From: Octopus bimaculoides
Lineage: Eukaryota
Direction: 5' to 3'
Assembly: GCF_001194135.2 (NCBI RefSeq)
Contig: NC_069007.1
Coordinates: forward strand, 9,203,616-9,236,840
Length of the DNA: 33,225 bases
Within the stretch, counting starts at the first letter, position 1. Each line of letters begins with the position of its first letter. Below are positions 32,231 through 33,225 of this stretch, in pieces. A program made the translations under genes and the position numbers. The notes below the pieces were generated by a model. The model searched no databases. It was not told the DNA's origin and was given only the letters and a program-made list of their open reading frames with translations.

Positions 32231-33117
32231 TACGTGTGAATATAAAACACACTTACATGCACATATATACATATATATATATTCCCGTTCCTTTTCTGAG
32301 GTCCTGTACCCGGATATGCATATATATATATATACATGTAGATGTAGGTATGTACATATATGTATACATGCATATGCTCACATATCATTTGTATTATACA
32401 CACACACACACACACACACACACTATCACCGAGGTATTTGTCAGTATAGAATTACTGTTGTGGAGGGAGAGATGATGTGATGTGGTGATGCTCATGCCAC
32501 CGGAAATTTTGAGGAAAGTGGTTAGCTGATTAAATCAAACACGGTACTTGACTCGTACTTTATATACCGACCTTGGATACTTAAAAAAAAAACAGCTGAC
32601 TTCTTTGGGATTTGAACTCACCCTTTGCTTGTCAAAACATTTCCATCAGTTTGTGTTAAACGTCCATGCTTGTTTTCAAACTTTTGGTTTATTCCTTGTT
32701 TCATACGCTCTGAGTAATGTAAAGCATTCCTTTCACAAGTGACAAGTTACTCTGTCACATATGTTGCACAGGACCGGCATATGTGTGTCACATATGCTGC
32801 AAAGAACCAGAACAAAATATCACAAAGTATTATGTCCGATGCTCTGCCGATTCTGCTACCGTACGTGGCCCTTGAAATATTTTATAGTGGATAAAACACG
32901 GGTTAGAAATTTGATGGGGCGGGAAGAAAGAAGGGAACAGTGCATTATATTGACCCCCTGTACTTGAATGGTACTTTATCCTATTGACATCGTGCTCAGA
33001 AAGAGTAAAATTGGGAATTTGGCATTGTGTTAGGAGACCAACCTCACCAAATACGAAGACTTACATTTTCTCTTCCTGCTAAACATAAATAAATTGACAC
33101 GCGTGGGAAATACAGAC

Positions 33118-33225
33118 AAGAAAAAGAGGAGAGAGAGGAAAAGAGAGAGAGAGAGAGAGGAAAAGAGAGAGAGAGAGAGAGGAAAAGAGAGAGAGAGAGA
33201 GAGGAAAAGAGAGAGAGAGAGAGAG
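33118..33225. repeat. (GA)n microsatellite punctuated by GGAAAA (~20-22-bp period)
   Basis: GAGGAAAAGAGAGAGAGAGA is repeated four times up to the window end. Confidence 0.9.

Larger units (their letters stand above)
1..33225. repeat. Pervasive microsatellites: (CA/TG)n, (TA)n, (CAT/ATG)n, (CAC/GGT)n, (CTAT/ATAG)n, (CT/GA)n, (TAC/TAG)n
   Basis: Directly visible, e.g. 1-50, 325-392, 3725-4190, 4440-5080, 6020-6775, 9130-10520, 20400-21640, 21750-22540. They explain nearly all ORF-track entries. Confidence 0.98.

Noticed and set aside
174-32967. The many ORF-track entries rich in HT/YI/CV/poly-M/poly-H/poly-S/X
   Set aside because: They are translations of dinucleotide or trinucleotide microsatellites or read-through of N-gaps, with no protein-like complexity.

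Overview
Repeat-dominated, apparently non-genic animal DNA from a draft short-read assembly. It has 14 N-gaps totalling about 5.3 kb, most flanked by (TA)n, (CA)n or (GGT)n. The repeat families (tRNA-headed SINEs with internal TA/TG microsatellites, RTE and CR1-type LINE 3' ends, dense microsatellites) look like those of octopod cephalopods, probably Octopus; this is inferred from family resemblance, not from a search. I found no supportable host protein-coding gene, rRNA, tRNA gene or CRISPR array. Nearly all ORF-track entries come from microsatellites, SINEs or N-gaps. The only protein-like segments are decayed transposon remnants (RTE x2, CR1-type, R4/Dong-type, mariner C-terminus) and one unassigned ORF end. 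Main points of interest: (1) two Type I hammerhead-ribozyme folds in short (TA)n-embedded Penelope-like or retrozyme-like units, one minimal (19857-19891, minus) and one with a long stem I and a branched stem II (17751-17889, plus), each with one core substitution; (2) a 495-bp unassigned retro-insertion with an 11-bp target-site duplication that splits a SINE's tRNA head (945-1439); (3) a CR1-type LINE 3' end whose tail matches the tail of the main SINE family, abutting a SINE tail-to-tail; (4) several nested insertions with readable TSDs and one probable assembly artefact.
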